A DNA stretch of 64,000 nucleotides. It comes from Daphnia carinata (Eukaryota). Under the pieces are notes generated by a model that saw nothing but the letters and a program-made list of their open reading frames with translations, had not been told where the DNA came from and ran no database searches. Shown here piece after piece: positions 51,031 through 64,000 of the stretch (position 1 is its first letter; each line of letters begins with the position of its first letter). The position numbers and the translations under genes are program-made. The stretch lies in NCBI RefSeq assembly GCF_022539665.2, contig NC_081333.1, positions 2,046,001 through 2,110,000 on the forward strand, in the 5' to 3' direction.

Positions 51031-54000
51031 TAGGAATTGCGATAATAGATGGCGTATACGCAAAAAAGAATTTTAAAATGAAACACAGTAGAATGAAAAT
51101 TGAACGCGGTTTTCGATTCAGCTATTGGTTTTCTCCTTAAACCCGCCGTTTTGGAAATAAAAGAAAACACATGTGTGTTAGCGATACTTTATTGTCTGTT
51201 TTTTACGTTTAATATAAAAAACTATAATGCAAAAAAAACGTAAAAGACATGCCTTCATATGGGAATTACCAATTTGAATTCCCCCCAAAAAAGGAAAAGT
51301 CGTGCTTGTTTTCTCAGGATTGTTGTTATACGGAAATTGTTCATTTTTTATCCCGGAATGTGCTGTCATCTGGTGGTCAATAAAATTATTAAGCTGCAAA
51401 AATAATAATAGAAATTCTTTATAGAACAAAAATACGGTGAACGTTGAATCCGGATTTCTTTATGCCTTGTTAGACCAGACGGAAAATAAACAAAAATAGT
51501 TAATGCTATCGGACAGATATTGTCTCAACGGGACGTAATCAAGAGCAATCGATTTCCGGCAACGGAGGTTTCGCTTCCTCTCTTGAAAAGTAAAGGTTAA
51601 CGTTCCAACGATACTTCGCACCTCCCGAGGGTTGTTGGCGTCGTCTCATTCGGTCGCATGTTATTTTTACTGATTAGCCCGACTCGACGGTTACCGATAA
51701 GGAGCGAAAGGCGACGGATGTTCAATCTTTTTCTTTTTTTTTTTCTTTGCTTTTCTCTTTCATCTTTTCTCATCTATTTGGGAGAAAGACAAGTCCGCTG
51801 GGCGCCATAGGGTATCTAGTCAGGCCGACGCCCAAAAGTTTCTCGGCTTTTTCTAAATATAGGAACGCTTTCTCGATATTCAAAATAAAGAAGCGCTGAT
51901 AATAGGAGCAGTATAAAGGTAGACACCATGAAATGAGGAGCGGCCCAAGAATAACGCAAAAATCCTGACAAGCGCATCTCCTGATTGGCCAATGATTACA
52001 TCCATCGATCGCCGAATGTCAAGGGAACTTCGGAAACGCATACTCACCAGGAGCATAAACACGACCACCACCCTAAATTATGATTCATCAAATTACTATG
52101 GATATACTAGTTATACCACTCACTACCGTCGACAATCAGTCATCGATTAAAAGAGAGAGGATATGTTTTGAAGAAACAAGAATGATGAAATCCATTGCGA
52201 ATGAATTATTCAAAAGATCACAGAAATGTAGGGGAGGAAGAAGGAGAAGCACACCGAAATCTGGTTATTCAACATGGGGCGAAAGTTTTTCTTTTTGATT
52301 GGGGACATGTTTAATTTTAGCTGACGGGTATACGATCCTCTTTAGGAAGAAACGAATCGACGATCGTGACAGACAAACACACAATCGGTCAAGGTTTTTA
52401 CACCGACGCCGCCCTGCTGTTGCCAGCCCGTCACCTCGCTTTTGAACGTGTCTATATGGTATTGGTCATAAATACGATATGCATGATGGTCTTTTCCCTT
52501 TTTTTCAAGGGTAAAAAAACTGCATCCACGTGTCGGAAAATATCGAGTGTTTACATATAGAAAGAGAATGCCATTTCCTTGATGGTTGGCAACCGGCAGT
52601 TCATCCTCAACTGTCATAGTCCGGTTTGCTTTTTCCTTTATCCTTGTCTTTTGTGGCGTGACAAATTTACCAGTCACGTTCTCATGGTTGGCGTGTTGAC
52701 TGGCTGCATGTGTATCAGCTCCGTTTCTTGTTTAAATATCCCATTCCCTTAAAAAACAAAAAAAACACAACGCTCTTCCAGAAAAGATGAAACATCCTAC
52801 ATGTTGATAGGTGTTCAAGCGTGTGGGGGCACGTCGAACTGTAGAAAATTCCGGCCGGAATTATCACCCAGGGAGTCGTATATAACGGGATCTACTTGGC
52901 TCCTCGTTACAGCGAAATCTCTTACACGTCTTAAGTTGATGAGGAACAGACGAGTTTTTTGGCGCCACACTTGCGTGACATGTTTGTGCTCCTGGTTGCG
53001 CTCTGATTATGCAAATTCGACCAACAAGGAAGAAGACAGGAATGACGCAGTTGGCGAAACGGGAGAACCTTATTCCTCCGCTCCAAGGCCCCGTCTAGGC
53101 AGAGAATCAACATAGACGAATGTGAGTAAAATTACTTGTGATTTCAAAAAAGGCAATGATATCACTAACAGGACATTGACGGCTAACGAACCGCCATCGA
53201 TCTCACGTCTGTTTTTTGTTGTAGTTTTTTTTTTTTTAACTTTCTCCATGACATCAAATGGTGAGTCATTTTTCCATGTCAAAATATGTTGGTAGGCTAA
53301 CCAAAGGAAGTCTTTGAGGTTATAAATAAAAAGAGGACATGGCTAATGTACGGAATTCTGTGCGTATACGTTCCAAGAATAAGAATGAACGCTACTCGGC
53401 GTAACGAAATCACTTGCGCCGCTTGTGCGAGATGTCAGGCCCTTTTTTGGGGAGGTCCAATCAGTAGCCATAGTAGACGACTTGATTCAATCTACTTGTA
53501 TATTTTTGTTTTTGGAGATGTACACACGAGCCTTATTCATTCGATGCGTCACACCACCAAAAAAATCCAAAAATTTTTAAGAAAAAAAAATTCTTAGGTT
53601 TTTTTTGTTATTTTTTTTTAAGGACAAATTTTTTTATTTATATTTTGTTTTCATTTCAAAAAAGGTAAGACAGGGCAGGGAGGAAACAAAATAATAAAAA
53701 AAAATTCAATAAAAAAAGAGCAAAGACAGCACTCATGTTTTATGTCTTTTCAGCGCCGGCTGATAGATTGCCAAAGTGAGGAGGGCGACACAACGGAGAA
53801 TTGAAGAAAGAAATGATGCTGTAAAAAACAACGTTAACAGATGCTAAAAAAAAAAAACACACGCACAAAAATGTTGAAAACGTCGCAAGATTTTTCGGTT
53901 TTTTAAAACTTGATACATCATCCGACAGAATAGGTGTTTTCAATTCTTTTTGCTATCTGCTTATTGATCTATTGCATATGAGGGCAAACTGTTGAAAAAA

Positions 54001-54722
54001 AAATACAGTGAAAAATAATTCTCCTGATTTTGATGATGATTAAAAAGGAAAAAAAGCCTTTTCTTTCGCAAGATATTGGAGAGCCATTCGTTATCTTTAT
54101 ACACGCGAAAAGAATTCGATTTGACAGAATTAGGCGACAATATCCCGTGCAGTGTTTTCAACATAAACAAGAAGGAAAGGAGAGATAATATGATAATAAT
54201 TAAGCAGTGAGTGATTATACTGAATAGTACTTTAAAATGATTGGCACAACAAAACTGAAGGGGAGGGAGAGGAAAAAAAAGTGGTGCCGGTGAATTATGA
54301 TGTAAAGAGTTGGCGAGTCCCGCCTCTCACCTTAAAAATAAAAATATCTTCTTTAATGAATTATCAGGATTAATAGAAGAGTGCATTTCTGTGTTTCTTT
54401 TTTCTTTCTCTTCGGGGTGGTGATTATTTTGAGTCAAAATATACGGAATGCGATTAGGGAAGAAAAAAAAATTCATGGTGAAATAATTAGTCGTGGCGGT
54501 AACAACGATGCACTATACATAATACGCAAATTCACTTTTTTCTGATTTTCTTTTTTAATCAATATTATCAAGATTTAAAAAAAATTCTAAATAATCAACT
54601 TGGGTTTAGACAAAAAAGTGAGAAGCTTGGAGTTTGCGGGGGCATAAAATAAAGGGAAAAAATTCAAATGAAATAAAATAAATGAATGGCGGGATAGTTT
54701 TAGATATTTTCCTCGTGTTAAA

Positions 54723-57241
54723 TTAAGCGTAAAATTCGCGACTGTTTTTGTTGTACGGGTGCGAATTGGGCGAATTGCGTTTTGGCTCGTCGAGAACGTA
54801 CGATCCTTCGTCCTTCTTGCGCATGCGGTAGACGATGAACATGACGAGCAGGATGGCGCAGAGCAGACCCACAACGGCTCCGCCGATCACAGCTGTAAAC
54901 AAAGTTGAAAAACATTCACGATTATCAGACTTAACGAAACGGATCAAAAGAGGTCGAGTGGAGCATCAAGAACAACAGCGGCGGCACATTCACACGATAG
55001 ACATTCCCAAACGTATTGGCGCTTGTCTGACTGTGTGATAGGCCATATGGCCGCACCACCCAAAGCAGAAAAAAAAGGGAGGGCAAGTCTGTTAAAAACA
55101 AAAATCAAAAGAAACCGACGCGGAAATCCCTCGATGATAGAAAAACTAGCAAATGGTGGCAACAACTGGCCAGATTACACTAGAGACTCGACCAGCAGCC
55201 CTCCCTTGAAGAATAAAAGAAAAACCCGACGACGAAAACAACAACAAAAAAAAGGGGGCGCATACACACACACACACAAACAGAAGATATGAAAGAAACA
55301 AAAAAAAACAAAAACAAAAAAAGGTACGAAGAATAGGGAAAGCCTTATCTGTTTTGTGTTTAATAAACTTACCGGCGAGTATTCCTGGCTGGGCGAAGAA
55401 AGAGGCTTGGCGATCATCCGGCTTGTGATCGAGGATCTGGACGTCATTGTTGCCTCGGTTGCCATCCGGAGAGCCATGAGAAGGATCCACGGGCCTTGGT
55501 GTTGTCATCGGCTCGACCGGAACCTGGTTCTCATCTCGACTACCGGACGGTGGTGGAGACGAAGGGGCCTGGGTAGTTTCCTTTGGCGCCTTGGTCGGAG
55601 AGGTGGGCGGTGCGACAACCACCACTTCGGGCTTCTTCTCGGGTTTCATCGTCGTTTTTGGCACCGGTTCCGTAATGACGGAATTGACGTCGATGCCACC
55701 GATAGCATCCTCATCTGTCGCGGTCTCGTCATAGTCATCTTCGTCTTCTTCGTTCTCCTCATCGACGTTTGATCCAGTTCCAGCGCCGGAACCGCCAGAA
55801 CCGTCAAAGTTGTCATCGTCTTCGTCATCATCGACAGCGGCAGATGCCGACGACGGAGGCTTGCCCGACGAAGGTGAGGCCGCCACGGGACTCACTTTGG
55901 GTGGTACCACCACGTCATCCTTGTAGTCGTCGTTGATGCCCGTCGTCATGTTTTTGTTACTGCTGCCCATGTTTGTGGTAGTGGCGGCCGTAGTTCCGGC
56001 GTCCTTGGCCTTTTTGGCTGGCTCTACCGGCACGGGGTTGTCGTCGTACTCTTCAACGTCCTCTTCGTCCTCCTCTTCTTCCCCTTCATCCTCGTCTTCA
56101 ACCCCGAGGGCTGAAACAATAAACCATAGCAAGATGTTCAAATCGAAACTTATTTTCAAGAGGGAGAGAGAGAGGGAGAAAATGAAACACACATCGTAGT
56201 AGGCTGCAACAACAAGAGCCAGCTCATCCGATATTTTTCTTACCCGGTTTCAGGGGACCTAATCCGGAAGCTTCATCAGCCAGCTGAATATCGTCGTCAC
56301 CTTCATCGTCAATGTACAAATCGTCCAGAGCTTTTAGATTGAGCCCACTTACTTGCTGCTGCAATATTACAAGAAGATTAAATGTTATTCTATAATTCAT
56401 TTGCATTTTACAAGCTCCTAGACAGGACTTTCAAATTGGGGCATCAAAAAAGGATGACGACAGATCCACACAAGATGGAAAAATTCAAATGAATAAATCA
56501 TCGACTAATCCTTGACTAGGGCTTCTTTCTTCATTTGTTTTCATTTTATTGTCGTTTTGCTCTTTGGCAAGGAAAAATCCTTGAGACCTCCATTGGCCTA
56601 GATTACCAGAAAAGGACGTTCATTCATGTAACTTAAGGTTAGGCAAAAGCTTATGTTCAACCGAGGTCATTTCATGCAAATTCGTGTCTTTTTCTCCCGT
56701 ATTCGAGAAAAACAGATTTTCGTAATATCTACCGCAACAAAAAATTTGCTTGTTTTTTTTTCTATACTGTTGTTATTACTTTTTAAAACATCTGGGAATA
56801 GAAATGAACAGGAATGTCCTGATTTGAACATCAGACGCCATATTTTCTTGAGCGGCTCATGGGAGTCCCTCTCGTTGGTGTTGATGCTAATGTCATCAAC
56901 GGACCCAGGAACAAACACAAACAACTTAACCGAAATATTTAAAACATACACACAAAAAAAAATTGAAAGAATAAGGCAATAACATTCACACAAACTATTA
57001 TTTTTGCGGCGTAATAACTGGAATGAAAACGCTAAAAAAAATTGTAGGCCACAACAGCGTGTGTGATATCAAGATGTGGGCGGGCATCTTGACATGAGTC
57101 GAAATGTGTGAAACGATCGATAAAAGTGATGGCATTCATTCTTACCTTGGCAACCGATGATGATGCACTGTTGATGCTACTGCTAACCGAACTTGCAGCC
57201 AAGAGAGCGACAAAAATCGCCATATGTATTCTGGGATTCAT
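54723..57241 (-). CDS. Sdc: Syndecan (heparan sulfate proteoglycan, ~372 aa)
   Basis: Exons 57241-57146, 56358-56244, 56110-55373, 54892-54723; total 1119 nt. Signal peptide, acidic SG glycosaminoglycan sites (DEASGLG, DGSGGSGAGTGS), SFFAQPGILAAVIGGAVVGLLCAILLVMFIVY TM, C1 RMRKKDEGSY and C-terminal PDZ ligand EFYA. Confidence 0.97.
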
Positions 57242-58570
57242 TTTTTCTTGTTTCCTGAGAGTGTGTGTTTGCCTTAAGTGTGAGAGGGTGGAGAGATTTT
57301 TATTTATTTTTTAAGAGCCGGATATCCGTTACTTAAGTTTCTTCCAAGATTCGTGTTATTTAAATACAAAACTCGAGAACGTTTTAGAATAAATTAGGAT
57401 TGGTATTCCTTAATGTCCGTTTTTCTAATTTTCTAGTCACAGATGGTGATGCTCAGGTCAGGCTGTGCATTTTTTCTTTCTTCGCACTTCTTCTCTCACA
57501 CAGGCGCTCACACAACCACACACTGAAAGAAATGAATCAATGACGACGTAGATTCAGGACGGAATGCAATATCAACAGAACAAAGAGTGTGCTGCCGTAA
57601 TTGGCCAAATTGCGAGATGCACTTCTCGATGTGTAACCAAAGGCCGAAAAAGAAAGATCCAAACTCACGCCCAGCTTTTTCAAACACACCAGCTGACGGT
57701 CGCCATTGAAATTCAACTGAACTAGATTGTCCTTGGGTTTCTTTGTGTCGCTCCGCCATTCGCTCTTCCCTGCCATCTGTTGGTAGCTTTCTAGCTCCCC
57801 CCACTTTCACATGAACCATGCAACAGAATCGAAGGACTTGTTCTAGGAATAAGAAAAAGACAGGGATGAACAAAAACCACTTTGCGGAAAAAGGGAAAGA
57901 AAAATTAATCTCATTATTTCCTCATCATGTTGAGAAAAATGAATGACTCAATTTGGGTCAGGGATTCAGCGCTTAAAATATCTTCATGTTGACTGCGCCG
58001 TGGTTGGTTTTGGCGATCCGTCATGGAATTTTTGTAGACAAAAAGACCAGACAAACTCACATGTACTGGTGAAGTCATTTTCCGTCGGGTGTTAAAAACC
58101 TAGAAGGTCCTCGATACTAGTATAGTCACAGAACAGAAAAACTAAGAAAATATAGAGGGGAAATTTAATGTTTGTTGTTTCTCCCTCCCTCTTACACTCC
58201 TTTTCTTTTTACGATCGAGGGTTGCCTGTTCCGGCCCCATTGTTTTCCGAGACTGCGCGGGTGTTCTCGAAATTCTTTTCGTTACATCTTCTTTTCTCAA
58301 AACAAAATGAAAGGGTTCGAAAAATTCTTGAGCGATATACCACTGTTAGAGAGGCCGTTTTCCCATTTCATCTGTTTTATTATTTTATTTCCTACTTTCT
58401 CTGAAGTTCAAAACTCCAAGTCTCCAAACTTCCCATCTCTCCAAGGCAGCACACATTCTTTTGAAATGAGAAGAGGCTTCTTAGTTGGACTAGGGATACC
58501 ATCCAACGAATTGTCACAATTATACTCACAAATCACAACTTGAAAATACTTTGACTTCAGAAGCCGGGAA

Positions 58571-60231
58571 ATGGCGCTTGTTTCAGTAAACAATCCCAAT
58601 AATAATGAACTGGTATCAGCCACGCCGGGTCAAGTGGTTCTGCAGCAGGTTTGATTTATTAATATTTTCCCATAACTTTGCAAAGATCGGTTAGGTTTCC
58701 TGAAAGAAACCTAAATGTTTTAACCACATGCTTCTTAGCAATAGGCAGCATGTTTTGATGTGAATGATGCAAACTATTAATGACATTGAGCTTTGCATCT
58801 CTAGGGCCCAGCTAGAACCTCTAGCCTTATGGCTCCCATAATGCTACTTGCTGGACATCCTGGAGAAATTTTTGGACTCAAATTTCATCCTGATGGCCAG
58901 TTTTTAGTTTCTTCTGGGTTCGATAGACAAATCTGTAAGCATTGCAGCTAAGATTAAGATTTATTCTTCTAAGTACTAACCTTTCTTGTTGAACAGTTTT
59001 ATGGAATGTATATGGAGAATGTGAAAACTTTGCTGTTCTTTCTGGTCACACTGGAGCAATTATGGATCTGCAACTGTCCACTGATGGTGATACCATTTAC
59101 ACTGCTAGCACTGACAAAACGATATGTCTGTGGGACACCAGGACTGGAGCCAAAATAAAAAAATTAAAAGGTATAATTTTGGTATGTTTTTTTTTTACTG
59201 AATAGATAATTGTATTTGAATATTACTAGGCCATTCTTCATTCGTCAATGCTATTCATCCTGCCCGAAGAGGCCCACCTCTGCTTTGCAGTGCCTCAGAT
59301 GATTGCAATATCAAAGTTTGGGATCCAAGAAAGAGAACAGAGACTGTGTCATTGGATAATTCTTACCAAGTTACAGCTGTTACCTTCAATGACACTGCCG
59401 AACAGGTCATTTCAGCAGGAATCGACAACGACGTTAAGGTAAGAATTCTCCTCAAACAAATTTTACACCCAATGATAATTATTTTAGCAGATGCATGCCA
59501 GTCGTTCTGGCATGGATTGTCTTTTATCCTGCCATGGCTTTCGTTTGCGATATGTATCATTATATTTAAACGTGAAAAGTAGAACAGTCGTTCGTGGGTG
59601 GTGTAAAAAACTTCCACTCATCTTGTCCTTGAGCTAATTATCTTTAATTTGTGGACAGATGGTAAATCATACAAATTTTTTATAGGTATGGGATCTCAGG
59701 AAAAACGCTCTTCTATACTCGTTGAAGGGCCATTCAGACACCGTGACTGGCTTAGCTTTAAGCCCTGATGGATCTTTCGTATTGTCAAATTCGATGGATA
59801 ATTCGTTACGAGTTTGGGATATCCGACCTTTCGCTCCTCAAGAACGTTGTATCAAAATGATGGTTGGCCATGCTCATAATTTTGAAAAGGTAAGAAATGA
59901 TTTTTTCATTATTTCAGGATTATTTTCTAAATCTTTCCTACAATTTCAGAACTTACTTCGTTGCTCTTGGTCGCCCGATGGAAACAAAATTTCCGCTGGT
60001 TCTGCAGACAGATTTGTTTATATATGGGATACTACATCACGTCGTATTATTTACAAACTACCTGGCCACAATGGAAGCGTCAACGATGTAGTTTTCCATC
60101 CAAAGGAACCCATTAGTATTTTCCCACATTTTAAATACCATCCAACATTAAACTAATTTCCATACTTGATTCTTGTAGTTGCTTCTGGTGCCAGTGACAA
60201 GCTCATCTACCTGGGGGAAATCGAACCGTAA
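58571..60231 (+). CDS. SNRNP40: U5 snRNP 40-kDa WD40 protein (~337 aa)
   Basis: Exons 58571-58648, 58805-58934, 58997-59170, 59230-59438, 59686-59889, 59950-60115, 60179-60231; total 1014 nt. RTSSLMAPIMLLAGH, LWNVYGECENFA, SNSMDNSLRVWDIRPFAPQERC, HNFEKNLLRCSWSPDG, WDTTSRRIIYKLPGHNGSVN and ASDKLIYLGEIE. Confidence 0.96.
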
Positions 60232-61533
60232 ATGAAAAGGGTATTTTTTTTTCCAACTACAAAAATGGCAAGAATCAGCGACAAATAAACAAAACATTCT
60301 TTTACGCAAACGCAAAAATCTTTTACGTGTTTCAGCATGAAAGGAAGTGAGATGCGTTTGAAAATGCCAGTCAACTATGAACGAACAGAAGTTAACATAA
60401 CTAGTACGGTGTTTCAGTGTTAGTTCGCCATTGCGACTATCAAAGTGTCGTAAGTTTTACCAATAGGTTTCTGGAATTTGCTTTAGATAATCTAGAACAT
60501 TTAGCGGACAAGTCCCACGCAATGGACTATGAAACAGCGTTGCTTGTTGAGCTGTTACATTGCAATGACGTAATATCAACTCCGCATACTATGCTAGCGA
60601 GAAAAAACAGAAGCCAATCGTAAACTGAAGAACAATGGCGGTATTGTTCCACATTCAAGAGGCGGGCGTCCAATTGCAAACAAAAGATGGGCTTATTTGG
60701 CAAGAGCAGGATGTTGTTTGCCAAGTTTTGGTATGGGTGTTTGTTGACGATCGGAGAGCTTGAATCCGTCCGATGGACTGTAGCACTTACACTTCCATTA
60801 CGATGCCGACACAGCATGAAACGAGAAAGCTTCACGCATTTCATGACTTCACATGACTCTTAAAAGTGTTGGAAACTGAATCTTTCGTAGCCAACAGGAA
60901 CTAGCATGGGTCACCAATACCATTCGACGTGCCAAACAAAACAAGACGGATCGTTGGGGATGGAAACAGGTGGCGATCCATCGGTCTGTCATGTTGCACA
61001 AAAGATTGGGCAACAAGTTGGCGTTGAACGGACAACAATTACGTATCCTAAAACCAAGGATGAGCTTTGAAGTATGTAACACCTTCAAGACGTCAAAGAT
61101 GAGAAAGAAAAATTAAGCATAATCGTTAAAAATCATTGAATATTTCAGAAAACTTACGTGCCTAGCGAAGATTTACCGACGTTCCTTGCGAAGGCGGAGG
61201 CATCGCTTAATCAATACCTGTTCATTTCAAATGGCACTTACATTTATTGACACACTCTAATCAAGAAGAGATCTCATTCGATAAAGTTCAAACGACTCAG
61301 AGTGGAAGAATACATGGAATTCAAAAGTCTGGAGAAAGGCAGCGAAGGGACTCATACTACCTGATTGATTGATTTTAGCTGCATGAGATTCACCTTCTAC
61401 TTGAAAAAAAAAACGGTCATTGAAAAGAAACGATTGTCACGTTCGAGTACGGTGAAATAAAATAAAAAGATGTCGGAAAATAGGAAAAAAAGTAAAACTG
61501 AATAGACAAGTCAGAGTAAAATGGATTTGATCG

Positions 61534-63585
61534 TTATGATATATCATCATCATTGACAACCGTTTCTTGCTTTGAACGCGACCGACGGCTGTCTGATTTC
61601 CTAGATCGATCGGACCGATTGGAATTTTTGGAGCTTAGCAGGCAATCTAATTCGATTTCATTGCCGTCGTGTCGTTCAGATTGAGAGCGACGATTACGTT
61701 CGACGCGATGTCGCCGATCGTAGGAACGTTTTGGGCGCTCGTCCGAATCGATAGCAGCTGCATTTGCCGCTTCAACTGCCGCTTTGTGGTCTTCCTCTCG
61801 CAATTTTTCAAGAAGACGAGCGATGGAGGAACGGTCTAATTCAATAGCTTCCACGCCACGTGAACGGCCCTTCCTATTCCTGTTGGACCTGGAACTGAAA
61901 TCACTTTCAGAATTTATTCTTTTTTTTTTTAATTATTATTCAAAATAGAAAATAAAACAAAACAATAATTACCTGCCCTTGGAACCATTGAGCTGTCTAT
62001 CATCAGATTTCTTTTCGGACTGATTTTTTATGGGAAGTAAGTAATCGAGCAATGATTGAGACGGTGAGCTTAGACCATGCCCGCTTGCTGATACATGCCC
62101 CGACAAGTCTGAAGAGCTTCCATTAGGCGAACCATCAGCTTGGCCGCGCTCTCTGTGGCACTTTGAGCTCGAGACGTTGGCCATTGTCGAGGGTTTCGGT
62201 AACGATTTGCGGACGGCTGGCGAAGTGGATGCAGAGGATGACGGAGATGATGAAGATGATGAAGTCACCTGTGTTCCTTTAGATACAGATTGCGTAGTTG
62301 GTTTAGCAACCTTAAGTGAAATAGGTCGAAGAGTCGATAAACTGGGCGATGTCTGCGTGGCCACGTTCCATGCGACGGTAGTTTGGGTCGATTGCGTGAC
62401 GGGCGCTGCAGTGATTTTGCACGATTCGCCATTGTCGATATCACTCTCGTCGCTACTTCCATCGCCTGGCAAGTTGAGCGAAAAGCGCTCAATTCTTTCC
62501 AGGTCAACTTGCGATGATTGTCGCTTGTCATTGGTTTGAATCTGAACAACAGTCGCTCCAGTTGCACCAAGAGGAAGCAATTGATTTTTGCGTTTCGTAA
62601 TAGCTGGCAAGATTTGCGATCCTTTTGAGCTGGCCAATGAAGTGATGCTGCCTCGTCGATTTCTGAGCGCTAGTTTTGTAATAGCTGGCAGGATTTGTGA
62701 TCCTTTTGAGCTGGCTTGAGATGTAATGCTACCCCGACGTCTCAGCGCCATTTTTCGTCCACCACGAAGCATGTTATTGCGTTTTCGGCCACCATGGCGA
62801 AAGTGTAATCTTGTCAGGCGCTCCAAGTCCGTTGTTTGTTGAGAGTGGACAGAATACTGCGAATCGAACGAGTGGCGCCGAGATTGGCTGGCTCTCGATT
62901 CAACAGAAATACGACGAACTGCGCTCATGCTTATTTCGGAGTCGAGACTGTTGCGACGCAGTCCAAACGCACCAGCTGCACCAACGATGGCTCCCCGCCG
63001 CGTGACGAATTTTGGGATAGCCGCTGCCCACGCAGAACTAACGTCGTTGGAAGCGGCACTATTGAGGTCAAGGTTGCCGAAACCTACTGGGTCGTCGTGA
63101 GTGCTGTGTATACTGATGGACATCCGACCCATGTGGTTTAGATCCCGTCGTTTGGCAAATGCCTGAGCGATGATCTTGTGCTTGCGAATGCGAACCCGTT
63201 CATCCAACGGTCTTTTATTGAACGTCCTGAAAATAACATCCATGTTTACACACAACCAAAATCCCTAACGGTAAACAACAAATGTATATCTTTGCTACGA
63301 ATCAAATGTCTGTCGGAGCATAAGATAAGCCATCACACGAAAATAAGACATTTGATTCGTACACGAATCATCAGCCATTCTATTTTGACGCAGTACCTTC
63401 GATACCATCTCCGCCAAGCCAGGACGGAAGCTTTCGTCCAAACCCACGATGAAACGGCTACTCCAGCTCCAAAGACGGCAATCAGATGGACTTGGGTGAT
63501 GGTCATACTTGGTCGAGATTCTAATTCACAGTCATCGGCTAGGCCTTGGTTCTGGATTCTAGACGTGTTTTGATTGGCCAAACAA
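61534..63585 (-). CDS. smo: Smoothened, 3' part (ECL3, TM7, cytoplasmic tail); 5' exons lie beyond the window
   Basis: Exons 63585-63397, 63226-61973, 61894-61534. CELESRPSMTITQVHLIAVFGAGVAVSSWVWTKASVLAWRR (TM7/helix 8), KHKIIAQAFAKR, and arthropod-type PKA/CK1 clusters RRNSLDSEIS, RRISVES and RRHSFDSQYS. Confidence 0.93.
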
Positions 63586-64000
63586 CTGCAATGATTTTAA
63601 AAAGATGGATCGGTAAAGCATTTGATTCTAATGCATTTACGGCGCATTGCTCATTAATAATATATCAGACAAAAGGAGAAATATTTAAAGGAAGGCACCG
63701 TTTAAACTATGTCAACTTTCAGATATAGAAACAAGAATGACTTCTTGGTGATCAATACATTACGCGCTAAATTCCACTAATGCGCCGGAAACTGTAGGCG
63801 GGTTAGTTGCAATATAAACATTTCACCAAAAGCTTCTATTTTCCTGTAAACCATCTTTGCAATGTGTGTAAAAATCATTTTTCAGGAACTTGGTAATAGA
63901 ATAACAAAATTTAATCTAATGATCTCACACGCCTATTTCTTTACTAAAAGGTATAATAGTAACTATGATTGCACAACGATGTTGCAATGATGCCACAATA

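Noticed and set aside
63586..64000. Possible further smoothened exon
   Set aside because: No frame resembles Smo TM5/TM6; treated as intron running off the window edge.

Overview
Eukaryotic, intron-rich arthropod DNA; gene content, short introns and A/T homopolymer tracts suggest a Daphnia-like crustacean (inference). I reconstructed the exons by hand, and splice phases close for all six protein-coding models. Left to right: a 5'-truncated ZP-domain gene resembling Drosophila miniature (+); a 25-kb PARG-like gene (+) with substituted catalytic residues and a ~900-aa insertion splitting the catalytic fold; a KChIP/neuronal-calcium-sensor gene (-); tRNA-Gly(GCC) and tRNA-Lys(CTT); an ~11-kb accessory block bracketed by copies of a GTCGGGCTTA repeat family; syndecan (-) head-to-head with SNRNP40 (+); and the 3' part of smoothened (-). 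The accessory block holds an intron-retaining vasa::DNA polymerase delta chimeric pseudogene, decayed possibly transposon-derived coding remnants, and a ~1.6-kb cassette (minisatellite, 309-bp hairpin-rich unit with terminal inverted repeats, divergent pair of tRNA-derived units, second hairpin-rich unit). Most short ORFs in the supplied track are intronic low-complexity artefacts.
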